From Eledone cirrhosa (Eukaryota): a stretch of 64,000 nucleotides of DNA. The stretch lies in assembly GCA_964016885.1 (NCBI GenBank), contig OZ024740.1, positions 233,306,001 through 233,370,000 of the forward strand, given 5' to 3'. Made by a program: the position numbers and the translations under genes. Below the pieces are notes generated by a model. It saw only the letters and a program-made list of their open reading frames with translations. It did no database searches and was not told where the DNA came from. Of the stretch, positions 27,872 through 41,813 are shown piece by piece (position 1 is the stretch's first letter; each line of letters starts with the position of its first letter).

Positions 27872-29230
27872 AGTGTGTGTGTGTGTGCGTATGTGTGTGT
27901 GTGTGTGTGTGTGTATGTGTGTGTACTTCATTGCAGATGTATGTGGTGTGTATCCATACAATTACAAATAGACACACCATGTACACATACACACACGTAT
28001 AAGAGGAGAGACGTGTCTATGCCTATGTGTGAGTGTATGTAATGCTTCTTGCTATTGCTATTCTATTATAATATTATAATATGTTTCTCTGTTTGTGATG
28101 AGGCATGAAATCTTCACTAAATTCAATGGCTGGGCGAAGTTAGCTAAATATACAAAGTATGGCTGGGGTGGATATATGTTGTATAATTACATACATTCTT
28201 CACAGTCAGGTCCGATGCGACTGGAAGCATGTCTTATTTGTCAACATATAATCGCTGTAAACTAGAACGTTCTATTCTCAAGACAATGGTTGCGTTTCTT
28301 AGGAGCCGCTCTCTCTCTGTGATTTAGCAACTAAATCTCCCTCAGATCACACCCTACCGTTGTAAGTAAGGAAACGGACACGTAATTAATATAGTCCTAA
28401 GTACACTGTGTCAGAAATAGTGATCTAGAAATAGCAGCCGAGGTTTTTCCAAGCCACACTCAAGTCGAAAGAAAGAATGGTACATAAGAAAATGTTATCT
28501 TGAATATAGAATACCTGAATATAAAACGTCATTGATATAGGTGGAATGGTTTTGATTGTATGTCTACTGGACGATGGTTAACCTCAGATACACAAATACG
28601 ATTATCGAGAGGATGAATCAAAACCTCCACACAGAAAGACGCAAGCTAACCTCAAGTCGATTTTATCACCAGGTTTTGATCCTAGTTTGAAAGAGATTAA
28701 CAATACCGACACCATTTAGTTGCATTCAGATGGGCAGCAGGTAGTTTCCCTTTGTGGTTATACGGCTCACAATCGTAGGGTCGTGATTTTGATTCCTGTT
28801 GGCATGTTGTGTCGTTGAGTAAGACATTTTATTTCACGCTGCAACCGTCCACTCAGAAGACGGAGATCTACGTTAAGAGTACATGTGTCAAAGGAATGTT
28901 AAACCACCTGCACTTTAATTTCAACAACAGGCTGCTCCGTTGTCAAAATCGATGGAAGTTCAACATCGCTCGGTAGAAACGATTGACGCAAGCTAGTCCA
29001 AAATAATAAATGTCCGAAAAGTGACGATAAGATTGCTTCATTGTAAACGCCAACCATTCTTGATCTGTGTAATAGACAGAATAGGAAGAGCGTGGAACAT
29101 GTCTAGTTCTACTTAATTACTACTCTTTAAAATAAAATACCACTCACGCACTAGGATCAACTTAATCGACTTTCCCCTCCCCCAAAATTGCTGGCCTTGT
29201 GCCTATATAAGAAACCATTATTATTATTGT

Positions 29231-29265
<35 letters not shown>

Positions 29266-29270
<5 letters not shown>

Positions 29271-29463
29271 CGAAGGAATTGAGGTAAGGAACCAGATGGA
29301 CAATAACGCACCAGAGTACTCAATACTTAGGGTAGTAGAATGGGTAATAGGAAAAGGTATGACCCCGACGGCAGAGCTCAAGCCGTTTCGACGGCTTTTT
29401 CAGTCCAGAAATAGCCATCAAACGGCTTGAGGTCTGCCGTCGGGGTCATACCTTTTCCTATTA
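29266..29463. repeat. (TA)n-flanked fold-back element (14761 family, opposite orientation)
   Basis: Arms ~29345-29400 / ~29409-29463; body homologous to 14830-14968. Confidence 0.88.
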
Positions 29464-29486
29464 ATATATATATATATTAATATATA

Positions 29487-29550
<64 letters not shown>

Positions 29551-29595
29551 TATTATATATATATATATATTATATATATATATTAATAATATATA

Positions 29596-29729
<134 letters not shown>

Positions 29730-29814
29730 AGAAGTTCTATTTAAATTGTTGGGATACAACAAGCAAATATTTTTATAACTGATATAAAGCACTCAACAAA
29801 TTATTGGAGAAAAC

Positions 29815-30177
29815 ATACGATATATTAACAAATGGAAACTATATTTATAAAACCATATTTATTTCATTATACATATTTCAAGGTCACCAAGTTAAATTAT
29901 GGTGTGCTTTCATCATATAAAATATAATATAGATCAATTTTATAAATAAATATTGACATACCCTTAAAGAATGCGACCATTTCTGTTGGAAGCTCCCGGA
30001 TTTCAACAGAAATGGTCGCATTCTTTAAGGGTATGTCAATATTTATTTATAAAACTGATCTATATTATATTTTATCTGATGAAAGCACACCATAATTTAA
30101 CTTGGTGTCCATGAAAGATGTATAATGAAATAAATATGGTTTTATAAATATAGTTTCCATTTGTTAATATATCGTAT
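29815..30177. repeat. Fold-back element, ~178-bp arms, carrying an HHR
   Basis: Inverted repeat with axis near 29997; single-arm relatives at ~21640-21775 and ~62895-63070. Confidence 0.92.
30069..30131 (+). ncRNA. Type I HHR
   Basis: ATTTTAT CTGATGA AAGCACACCA-..-TGGTGTCCAT GAAA (G/T)-ATGT-A TA ATGAAAT. Confidence 0.65.
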
Positions 30178-30552
30178 ATATATATATTTTATAATACAAT
30201 TCTTAGTTCAAACAAGATGAATCTTCTAATGGAGGATATTAAAACATAACTTTTGCTCTTGTGGTACGAACCACATATTATCAACTAGGCCGCATTTCCC
30301 CTTGTACACGCGGTCCAAGCAAACAAATCTCAAGAAAGAAAACATAGAGAAAAAAAAAAGATATAAAGCAACTTTCAGGTTAAAGTATAATATATACAAT
30401 TGTAATATCAAGTACCCCTTTTAGTTAGGAAATTACACGAATAAGTATCAAACACACGATAGAGATAAGGCGTAAGAGGGCCAATGTTGTAGAAGCCACT
30501 TCTTTCATGATTGTTTTCATATTTTTGTTGATGTTGTTGTTTTTTTGTCCTT

Positions 30553-30692
30553 GTTATCATCATAATCATCATCACCATCATCATCATCATCATCATTATC
30601 ATCATCACCACCACCACCACTATCATCATCATCATCATCATCATCACCATCATCATCGTCATCGTCATTCTTGTCATCATCAACATTATCAT
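30553..30692. repeat. (CAT)n/(CAC)n trinucleotide microsatellite
   Basis: Direct sequence; poly-His/Met ORFs are by-products. Confidence 0.9.
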
Positions 30693-31184
30693 TAATTGCG
30701 GTGGATTGGCAGAACTGTTTGAGCCTTGGGATATTTGTTAATAATCTTTACGGCCGGAGTTCAAATCCTAACGAATTCAGTTTTGCCTTTCACCCTACCG
30801 GTTTCGATAAATTACTGTACTAGTCAAACACTGAGGTTAATGTTGAAGCTGCTATTGTTCAGAGTGAGCAATATTTGAAGATACTATTTAATTTATGGTA
30901 TAATTGTTGCATAAAACCTAGAGTTTGACAAATGTGTCCGAACACGGAAGAACCGAACTCCCACTGTCATCGCCTCCATCTCTCTCGCCCTCCCTATCTC
31001 TCTGTATTATGAGCAAATGGGGTCCCTCGTGCTGGCCTCCCCACAGCCCGGGTGGATAGAATGGAGAAGGGGTTTCAATATTATCGACTGTTTTTCAGCC
31101 CAAACTTCCAAGAGATGTTAAAATTATGTTAAAATTATTGTCATCGACATCATGACCCTTTCTCGTTTTTTATCCTATATAATT

Positions 31185-33110
31185 ATAATTGTTTCTACTT
31201 TTGTCCCAAGGCCAGCAATTATCCCAATGCATTACAGGTACTTTATTATTTCGACCCCGTATGGATGAAAGGCAAAGTTAACCTCCGCGGGATTTGAACT
31301 TGGACCATAGAACTAAATACTGCAAAGCATTTTGTTAGACTCTTTAGCGATACTGCCAATCCATTGTTCACCATGTAATAATAATTGTTTCTACTTTAGG
31401 CACAAGGCCAGCAATTACCCAGTACATTACTGGTACTTTATTTTATCGACTCCGTAAGGATGAAAGGCAAAGTTAACCTCGGCAGGATTTAAACTCTGAC
31501 TGTAAAGGGACGTAACTATGCTAGAAAGCATGGCGTCCAATCCTCTATGTAATAATAATGGTTTCTTATATAGGCACAAGGCCAGCAATTTTGGGGGAGG
31601 GAAAAGTCGATTAAATCAACCCCAGTGCATTACGGGAGCTTTATCTTATCAACCACGTAAGGATGAAAGGCAAAGTTAACCATCGCGGTATTTGAACTCA
31701 GACCCTAAAGGGGCGTAACTCTATGCTGCAAAGCAGGTGTCCGACCATCTATCAATACTGCCAATCCACCGCCTCTCCTTATATAATTGTTTCTACTTTT
31801 GTCCCAAGGCCAGCAATTATCACAGTACATTACAGCTATTTTATTTTATCGACCCCGTAAGGATGAAACAAAGTTAACCTCCACGGGATTTGAACTCAGA
31901 CCGTAAAGGGACGTAGCTCTCTGCTGGAAAGCATGGTGTCCGACCCTCTACCGATATTGCCAATTCACCGCCCTATATTCCTATATGATTATAATTCGTA
32001 TATAATTATAATACGATGTTGATCATGATAGTTATGATTTTGAAGGTGGTGATAATGATTTGTTGATCACGTCATTCTTATCGATCTTGTTATTGCTGTT
32101 GTTGCTGATATTTCTGTTGTTGTTGATGTTTTTTTTTTAAATTTCCATATAAAATCTAAACATATTTTCTTATCCACCTCAATCAGAGGCATGTGATTTT
32201 TCTAGTGGTGACGCGGCATTTTATAATCAACATTTGAAGAATTTGTTCTTAGTCCCGATTATAAATTTCATTTTATGAAAAAATCCCACACCGTCTTTAA
32301 TGTTTCCTTAATCTGAGCCCCGTGTGGCTAATAAAGAAATCATTATTATGGCGGTGGATTGGCAGTATCGATAGAGAATCGGACACTATGCTTTGCAGCA
32401 TAGAGTTACGGTCCTTTACAGTCTGAGTTCAAATCCCGCCGAGGTTAATTTTACCATTCATCCTTACGGGGTCGATAAAATAAAGTACCAGTAATGCACT
32501 GGGGTAATTGCTGGCCTTGTGCCAAAAAGTAGGAACAATTATTAGGGATTGACAGTAAGGGCGGGGAATTGGCAGTATCAGTAGAAGGTCGGACGCTATG
32601 CTTTGCAGCATAGAGTTACGCCCTTTTATAGTCTGAGTTCAAATCCCGGCGAAGTTAACTTTGCCTTTCATCCTTACGGGGTCGATGAAATAAAGTACCA
32701 GTAATGCACTAGGATAATTGCTGGCCTTGTGCCAAAAGTAGAAACAATTATTATTAGGTGTAGAATTAGTATTATTGACATTATTTTCTTGAAATGTCTT
32801 TATCATGATCATCATCATTATCATCATCAAGATTTTCTCGATACGATGATTCATCATTCTAGTTACTGTTATCATTATTGCTATCATTGTTATTAAGGTT
32901 CGTGAGTGTGCAGAGGACCGGATGAAACGAAATTGCGGTATTTGTTTTGGTTCGTTACATTCAGAGTGCAAAATCTGTCGAGGTCAATTTTACCTTTCAT
33001 CCTTACGGAGTCGATAAAATAAAGCACCAGTAATGCACTGGGGTCGATTTAATCGACTTTTCCCTCCACCCAAATTGCTGGCCTTGTGTCTAAATCAGAA
33101 ACAATTATTT
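31185..33110. mobile_element. Cluster of about 7 SINE copies: four on minus (31185-31972), three on plus (32349-33110)
   Basis: Repeated CACAAGGCCAGCAATT..GGATGAAAGGCAAAGTTAACC..TTGAACTC units and their reverse complements. Confidence 0.88.
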
Positions 33111-33964
33111 ATATTGCACGCTGTTACTGAATGGTCGAGCACAGCGCTGTGTGACTTGGATATGTGCAGCACTGTTTTTGGTATTATTTATATTGTATTA
33201 AGCGTGCACTTTATATCATGTGTGCAGTGCCTAATAGTGTTATTTTCTGTAAGATGTATATATTTCTAAATCTTAGGGTTTGGGTTATGTATCTATATGT
33301 GTGTTTTTTATCATTCCCAAAGCAGTTCTTATTATAGGGATTTTTTTTGTTTCCCTCATCCCCATTTGGGTTATTTCTATTTCCAAATCTTTATATTTGG
33401 ATAATTTCTCCATTACTTTTATAGTTATATTGTCGCCCGTGTGGAGACATCAATTAGAAGACATTTCTTCTTTGTAGTCTTTGACTATGATCTCCTTGTC
33501 TGTGCGTATTGGCAGAGCCCAGAATATGGCTGCTGTGTCATTCACTGATATCTTTTCTGTTTGTATTTCATAATGTTGGCATACATTCCAGTGTATGTAA
33601 ATCCCAACTCTATCATGTCTATTGTTATATTCTTTTTTTGGCTAAGACTAGGAAGCTAGAAATAATGTGGTTAATTATTTCTTCCGCATCACCACTTAAT
33701 CTGCGGTTAAATACTGTTTTGCTTCATTGTGTATTTTTTGTGGCTTCTGTTGGGGTGGTCGGTTTTAATATTGTGCTGCAATTAGAAATCTTTCAGTCTC
33801 GGTTTTTCATCCAGTGCTTCTTAAGCAGTGTTATGAATTTTGTACACATTCGCCCAATTCAGAATTTTTGGATATTGGCTATGAAGAGTCCTTTTTGCCA
33901 TCGTTTTAATATAGCATTCGGAAGATCTGTTTTCAATTTGGAGTATATTATATTATTATTACTC

Positions 33965-34975
33965 TGATATCTCAGTCATTTTTGTTATTTAACTGGAACA
34001 TTCCCCCTAATGAACAACAAACCGTTACCTCAGACTCAGACTCAGAAGCTCCCGCGTCTTGCGACGCATGAGGCAATCACAGTGTTCCACCGCGTTCGGT
34101 CAGCAGCCAGTTGCACAGCGTCCCGCCATTGTCTGTTTGTCGCTCGCAGGTCCCTCTCAACTGTCTGGCGCCAGTTCATTTTGGGTCGCCCTCTCCGTCT
34201 GCTTCCCCGTGGGTTCCATTTAAGTACTTGGTTCGCCAGTCTCTCCGGGGGAAGTCTCAAAGCGTGTCCAAACCAGCCCAGGCGTCGCTTGCAGATGGCA
34301 AAAGAGACTAGCTGCTGGTTGGTGCGGTTCCTGACTTCCTGGTTTGTTACATGGTCACTCCATTTAATCCCCAGGATCTTTCGCAGACACCTGGAATCGA
34401 ATGCGTCCAACTTCTTCTCTTGGCTGGTCTTAAGTGAAACCGTTACCTGCAACCTCAGATATTCAGGATATATCCTTACTGTTATTGTCTTTGGTGTTAT
34501 CTGTCTTCAGAACACCGAAATACTTTATTCCTCTTCGGTGTCGATCTTCTTTATCATCGCACCATTGGAACCCCAATTCTTTTGTTTCTCTTCAATTTAC
34601 CTCTCCTCAACACGAGGACTCCACATTTACTAACACCAAATTCCACACATATATCATTGCTGAAAATACGGACAGTGTCAAGAAGTACACTCATCTCATT
34701 CTAGCTCTTCCCGAAGCCTTTTAGGTCGTCCATGAAGAGGAGTGGTTGAAGGTAGGCCTCCTCTTCCCAGTCCGTACCCTGCCTTCATACATCGTAGGAT
34801 GAGGGTATGAGGATGAGGAAAAACAATAAAGCGATGAGACTATGTCCTTGGAAGAAATATTTCTTGATTTCCACTCCTACCCAGGATTCTCCCTCTGGTG
34901 ATAGTTCTATCACCCAGGTCTTCGTGCGATTACTTGATATCAGTTTGATGTTGTCTGTAACCTTGAATATTTCCA
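33965..34975 (-). mobile_element. Internally deleted R4/Dong-like remnant interrupted by an RTE insertion
   Basis: 3'UTR TCTCAGTCATT..TTATTTAACTGGAA, CCTCAGATATTCAGGA and RT segment homologous to 12240-12695. Confidence 0.75.
34031..34436 (-). mobile_element. Young 5'-truncated RTE-clade LINE with 12-bp TSD
   Basis: Open frame KLDAFDSRCLRKILGIKW..RRLGWFGH..RRRGRP..W..DRTRW; (GTCTGA)n tail; AAACCGTTACCT at 34019-34030 and 34437-34448. Confidence 0.92.
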
Positions 34976-35153
34976 GAGACTTGATTAGGCTCTCGAAACA
35001 GCCGGAGCTCAGCCGTCGGGGTCCTGACTCTTTTCCTATATGTATATATATATATATAAGAATTAAAATACTAGAGTGTGTTGGAGTTAAACACCCTCTT
35101 CATATTATAGAAATGACAGTAAAAGTATAGCTCAATGTAATTAAACAGAGCCG

Positions 35154-35242
35154 AAGAATTAAGAAATAAACCAAAGAAGCCTTCAATACATCAAAAGTCT
35201 TTTGATGTATTGAAGGCTTCTTTGGTTTATTTCTTAATTCTT
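35154..35242. repeat. Perfect hairpin, 44-bp arms, next to (TA)n
   Basis: Axis at 35198 (AAAAG-T-CTTTT). Confidence 0.9.
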
Positions 35243-35577
35243 AATATATATATATATATATACCTATCAATCTATCTAGCTGTCACCCTGTCTACCTCTC
35301 TCTATCTATTGTATGTCTCTATGTATATACAAATATGCACACCTATTAACCATTTACGCAGTCTCGTTTACTTCTATTCTCTAATTATACAAATAAAGTA
35401 TTATCGCATACTTCGGGTGATTATCGCACAAATTAATATCTATATTAATTAACTACCAACAGGAGCGCTAATGATATGCAAATTATTACGTCAATTTCAG
35501 AATATTACTATAAGTGCTGGGGTACATAATCCCCTCGATTACGTATTTCCTTCTGGTTGTTTCTATGGTATACATGC

Positions 35578-35618
35578 TTTCTGATGAAGGCCGAATTGGG
35601 CTTGAAAACTAGTTATAA
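35578..35618 (+). ncRNA. HHR-like motif with decayed stem I
   Basis: CTGATGA AGGCC-GAATTG-GGCTT GAAA A-CTAG-T TA. Confidence 0.5.
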
Positions 35619-36039
35619 TATTCATCATTTGTTCAATTTACATGGAAGTACGTATTTGGCATGTTTCTATGTCCATATAATAAAAATATATAAATTTATA
35701 CACACTTACGCATTCCGGTTACCACTATTCTCTATATATACAGATATAATTTTTATCATATATATATATACATATACGTGTGTGTGTGTGTGTCAGTGCG
35801 TAGAGAGAGAATGAGACTGGGTTGAATATACCGTGGTGTCTGCAGTAAAGAGAACAAATAGTAAAGTGTGTGGTAACATACTTATTGTAGTGAATCAATA
35901 AAAGATAAAATGTTAACTAAGAGATCACCCGTAATGAGGAAAACTAATTAGTATTTTAATGATTACTTCAAATTATCGAAAAATGCAAGGCAAACAACCT
36001 TGAAAAGCTTAGGTTATATATCATAGGGTCAAATAAAGA

Positions 36040-36336
36040 TGTGACCCAAGGGCCAAGGACGCCAGAAGTCTCCACTACTACGGGCTCGTCTGAAAACCTG
36101 TCAGAGAGTGACCGACATTTTGAAAGTTTATGTTCCTCGGCTCGAAGTGCAGCAGACCCTGGGTTAATCGCAGACTGCACCAGGGTGCCGCTGGAGAGTG
36201 TGTCACTGTATGTGGCATCCCAGATGAGGGGTTTGCTACCGAGGAACGGGAAGATGATCATGCCGTCTGGCCTTTTGCTGTACCCTCGGCCCAGCACGAC
36301 TGGCTCGATGTGGGAGGAGAATCTTGCTGCACCCAA
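36040..36336 (-). mobile_element. CRE-like RLE endonuclease fragment
   Basis: EP..RG..KRPDG..FP..G.PLIWDAT..DT..GSAA..AEEHK..PVVVETSGVLGP; overlaps the 18447-18728 fragment in sequence. Confidence 0.75.
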
Positions 36337-36853
36337 GCCATGCTTTATGATCTCGGGTCACATAGGATGCGTGAATACAGAATGCATTGTAGTATTGACT
36401 GAAATATATTTTTGTATCTGACGCACCATAACTGATACGATGTTGTATTGAAATCTATTATTCCCCTTTGGATTTCAATAGTCTGTCTACAAACGTTATA
36501 TTTGTTGCAATTTAATTAGTCAATCATAAGGATCGAAAACATTCTACTATACCGATTCCATCTGTTTTTGCTTCAGACAGTGCAGCTTTGACTACATTAT
36601 TCAGTTCCTTCTTCCAATTTTAAGATCGTAGGGTATAATATGTTACATTTGGTTAGTATTTCTGATAGAATGAACAACAGAGTTGAGTTACTGTCGTTAA
36701 TAAAAAAAAAAAGGACGTTTCAATTTATGGAATTAACGGCTCCTTCATTGGCTCGTCTATTTGTAACTGTTATTCGAAGATAAAACTTACGTAAGACGAT
36801 TAGAAATTTGAAATCAATAGAAAAACATTCATTCTGACGAGGACAGAAATAAT

Positions 36854-37042
36854 TCTTTCTACTTTTGGCACAAGGCCAGCAATTATCACAGCGCATTACT
36901 GGTACTTTATTTTATCGACCCTGTAAGGATGAAAGGCAAAGTTAACCTCGGCGAGATTTGAACTCAGAATGGCAAGGGCCGTAACTCTGTGCGTCAAAGC
37001 ATGGCGTCCAACACTCTACCGATACTGCCAATCCACCGCCGT
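36854..37042 (-). mobile_element. SINE with 16-bp TSD
   Basis: CGAGGACAGAAATAAT at 36838-36853 and 37043-37058. Confidence 0.88.
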
Positions 37043-39429
37043 CGAGGACAGAAATAATAGTTTGCACCGACCACTCAGAAATGTCCCAAATATCAAAGAA
37101 AACTTATAACATGGAAAATCATAAAAATAATATATACAAATGAAATATTTGTCATTGATACTTATAAGACATTGGAGAGAGAGAAAGAGAGAGAGTGATG
37201 GAGAAAGAAAGAGAGAGAGTAGGAGAGTGAGAGAGAAAGAGAATGTGTGTGTGTGTGTGAGAGAAAGAAAGAGAGAAAGAAACAAAGAAAAGATTTGAGC
37301 ATAGCCAGCACATGTAACATAATTTATTTATTTATTTGAATCGAACGATTCACCTCACCATATTCTAATATGCGAGAAAACACGTAGTCAATCATCGATT
37401 TCACATAAATAATGTGTGTGATTTTGTATATGCGTGTGTGTGTTTTGTGCAATGTGTGTTTATATGTATATGTATGCGTGTGCATGCCTGCGTGTTTTCT
37501 AATCAAATGTCAAGCTATATAAATCATGTTCAAGATATATTACCTCAAGTTCAGATAGACATAAACATAATCTTCTGTGTTAAACCCATGGAAGTCTGTA
37601 AGTAATCAATTTAACAATCCGTTAGCTGAAATCTTGATAGCTTTAAGTAACCAAGTTTAAACTCATCTCTAAATGCAACAACTATCATCTCCTCCTTTAC
37701 AATATTTATATTACAATAAATATTTTTTGGCGTCAATCTATCATATATATTCACTTTAAAGAGAGATATGGTATCATAATATTTCATATTAGATAAATCA
37801 TTTTAAAACAAAAGAGCACTGATACACATTTTAGATAGCCGCAGTTTTATCGATACCTTATTTTAAAATTTTAACCTCTCTTGTTATCCCTATCTTTTTT
37901 GAGAAGTTGTAATTTGTATGTATCTATCTTTGTTTGTTTGCTAAATATGTATGATTGCATCCTCCAGATTAGATTGGGGCGGTCAGCTTCAATAAGTCCA
38001 CACAATCTCAAATCTTTATCAATAAATCATTAAGTTCTTGTATGCGTCGAAAAAGAATTTCATTTATGAGATTTTATCACCAACCTAAATTCTTCTATCG
38101 ATTATGGATTGTTAATCTTAAATATACCTAACACCGTAAACCTTCAATAACCTATATAATATATCTAACAAGGGTTTAATATTATCATTCATTTTATCAT
38201 AACAATTATGATTGTAAATAAATCACTCATTAATTTCGTGTCAAACTCTGGAGAACTGCTTGACAAGATTGAAGGGAGAACAGTATTGTAATCATAACAC
38301 CAGCCCAAAATAATACGACCTTTCAAATATGCACAGTGAAAGGTATGAAATAGGCTATCAGTTATATCGTACAATCATCTTTTAAAGAATAAAAATGAAC
38401 ACATGATACCCTTTTATAACTATTTGTAGTGAACTAGGCTTCTGGGCTGAGAAAAAAAAAATTAACAACTTTCGCCATCGACACACAAAAATGCATACGA
38501 AATGACACGAAACAGCGATCACTTGGCAATTTTATCCGTTTGAATTAACTCCCTCAACTAAAAATTCAATCAATGCTGATTTTTAATATAGACAGAGGAT
38601 CGTAGGCTTTCGAGAGGCATTATAGTCGATTATATCGAATTCACTACATGACAGGTATTTTAATTTATCGTTTTCCACAAGTATGAGAGGTAAAGTTATT
38701 CCCAGAATAATTTGAAGCAAAACCGTAAATGACGTAACAACGTTATGGGTCGTCAAGTTTGTAGAAATTTATTGTTTTTTTTCTATAAATTTCTATAAAT
38801 TTCATACTTGACGATCCAATATTTTAAGTGACGCTCCACCGGATATCAAGCCATCCATCCACTCTCATAAGCCAAAGAGTGGGATTATCTGTAGCCAAAT
38901 AGAAATAATAACTCTGTTTCCCTAAAATTACAACTAATCATTTTAAAAAAGGAAGTACGGATTTAATAATGTAGTCCAAGGTACACCATGCATAGAAAAA
39001 AAAAGTAAAATCTATATAAACACGATTGAATCGCGGCTAAATAGTCACAAGTGAAAATTGTTCATGTTGTTTCGCCGATATCGATCAGACCTACGATCAA
39101 AACCGTTTTAGCTGAAACCATTCCGTCGTGTATTCATTCTAAATCTACCTAGGAAAACTGCTGTGTCCTCTATACGCTTTTTTACGATGGTAATGTGTGA
39201 TTATTTTTTATAGACACGAATGATGAAATTCGACAAGATTTGAAATCAGGACGTAAAAATCTGTAACTAAATATCGAACAAGGCCGTTTACAACAAACTG
39301 TTCAAATTTGATATGATAAGACTGAAGCAGCTGCATTGTTTACTAAGAATATTAAACAAGTCAAGGGTTATATCTGTTGCTGTTTGGGGGGGTTATGGTG
39401 GATGTAATGACTGCTTTAACATTGTAGTT

Positions 39430-40000
39430 CTGGTGGTGGTGGTGGCGGTGGTGGTGCCACTGCGCTGTTGCTGCTGATGGTGGTAGTGGTGGTGGTGGTT
39501 GTGGTGGTAGTTGTGATGGTAGTAGTGGTGGTGCTGTTGGTGATGATGATAGTGGAAGTTGTGGCGATAGTGATGACAGTGGAGGTGGTGGTGATGGTGG
39601 CTGGCTTGTTTTAGGCATTGCTGCTGTTGGTTGTAGTGATGATGGTGGCACTGTTGTTCTTGTTGGTGAAGGTGATTGTGGTGGTGTGGTGTTTGTGGTA
39701 GTAGCATTGTATTTCGTATCGCTTATAGTCATGGTGATGGTAATTATTTTAGAGGTTGTGGTTACCATTTTTGTTAATACCGTTATTGTTTGTATTGGGA
39801 ATGTTATTGCTGATGTTGATGCTGCTGTTTATGATGATGATGATGGCGATGAGCAGGTGAGGAGGGTGGCTGGAATGATTCACAACTGTGTGAATGACAT
39901 ACTGGCTGAAATATGTCTGATAAACAGCTAGCATTGTGGTCAATGAATAGTTCCTTTTGTAATTGTGGCCAAGGCTTTAGATAATATCAGTGCATAAAAC

Positions 40001-40034
<34 letters not shown>

Positions 40035-40105
40035 ACAACAACAGCAGTAGCAACACTAGTAGCAGCAGAAGCAGCAGCAGCAGTAGTATTAGTAGTAATA
40101 GTAAA
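39430..40105. repeat. Degenerate (GGT)/(GAT)/(GTA)n low-complexity tract
   Basis: Direct sequence. Confidence 0.85.
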
Positions 40106-40479
40106 TGGTGTAGTTTTTGTGTTGGTTAGTCTCAGGCCAAGATTGATCGAAAAGTCCTATGACGAAAGGCATTCCATCTAAGACAACCTTGTCGTTTTCT
40201 GAATATATCTAGTATTAGATCATCCAGTTGGACCTATCCTGTTATTTGCGATAGACGTGGCTGTTGCCTCTAGCATGCCGAACAAGCTTGTAGAGGCTAT
40301 CTTACTGACTTATGTTGCTATATATAAACTACAAAAATCGTATACAAGTTGGTCCGCTTCAAATCAGTAAACAGAAACAAACGTAGAGGGGAGTATTTGA
40401 GGTCATCTGTGCAAAAATTGATGCAGCAATTATTTAAGAAAAAACTTGATTTCAAGCGCGAGAATAAATTCAGGAATTA

Positions 40480-40970
40480 ATAATTGTTTCTACTTTTGGC
40501 ACAAGGCCAGCAATTTACCCAGTACATTACTGGTACTTTATTTTATCGGCCCCGTAAGGATGAATGGCAAACTTAACCTCGGCGGGATTTGAACTCAGAT
40601 CGTAAAGGGACGTAACTACGCTGGAAAGCATGTCTGACCCTCTACCAATACTGCCATCGGGATAGATCGGGTATTTATTATGCCCGATGCTATATTGCTG
40701 GGGTGCTGGAAGGCTTCGAAATTCTTGAATACTTTTATCGATTATATATGATAGTATTATATTTATTCATATATATATATAGTAATAATTGTTTCTACTG
40801 TTGGCACAAGGCCAGTAATTATCCAGTGTATTACTGGTACTTCATTTTATCGACACCGTAAGGATGAAAGGGAAAGTTAACCTCGACGGGTTTTGAACTC
40901 AGAATGGGAAGGGCCGTAACTCTTTGCGTCAGAGCATGGCGTCCGACCCTCTACCGATACTGCCAATCCA
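40480..40970 (-). mobile_element. Two SINE copies (~40480-40657 and ~40785-40970)
   Basis: Consensus match. Confidence 0.85.
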
Positions 40971-41043
40971 AATGTGAAGACTAAAATCCAAGAGGGCTCG
41001 ATAACGATAAATATATATAAAATATATAAGAACACTAGAGCAA

Positions 41044-41317
41044 ATATTTATTAAAATAACAGATTAAAGTTTAAGCAAAGAATCGCTGCTTTCACCCTTA
41101 ACGGGATCTTCTGAAACTAACAAAGTCAATCTGTGAACGCAGAAGTGAATATTTCAAAAAACTTTGCAACCGGAGGAAGACAGGAAGACGTCTTCCTGTC
41201 TTCAAAGTTTTTTGAAATATTCACTTCTGCGTTCACAGATTGACTTTGTTAGTTTCAGAAGGTCCCGTTAAGGGTGAAAGCAGCGATTCTTTGCTTAAAC
41301 TTTAATCTGTTATTTTA

Positions 41318-41325
<8 letters not shown>
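41044..41325. repeat. Fold-back element with ~122-bp arms and a nested 28-bp central palindrome
   Basis: Central GAAGACAGGAAGACGTCTTCCTGTCTTC; decayed HHR-like CAGAAG(A/G) TCCC-GTTAA-GGGT GAAAG. Confidence 0.9.
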
Positions 41326-41369
<44 letters not shown>

Positions 41370-41606
41370 GTATATATATATAGAGAGAGAGGGGGAGAAG
41401 AAGGAGAGAGTGACCTAAAGCGCCGGATTGTCTGCGTCGTAAAGTAGGCATGTTAAAGTTTAAATATAGATGAGATTCTACAGGACTAGAACTGTTTCAT
41501 TATTGAGAAATCATCAGGAATCTTTTATACTCTGCTATGTATTGAGTACCTTACTTACTGTGGTTACCTCCGATTCAACCCGGAATAACTTAACACACAC
41601 ACACAT

Positions 41607-41739
<133 letters not shown>

Positions 41740-41813
41740 TTAAGTTATTCCGGGTTGAATCGGAGGTAACCACAGTAAGTAAGGTACTCAATTAAAACTA
41801 TATATATATATAT

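Noticed and set aside
31185-33110. CRISPR-like repeat array
   Set aside because: Units are ~190-bp SINEs without unique spacers; eukaryotic context and no cas genes
39361-39768. Pro/His-rich ORFs
   Set aside because: Degenerate trinucleotide repeat with no domain or splice evidence
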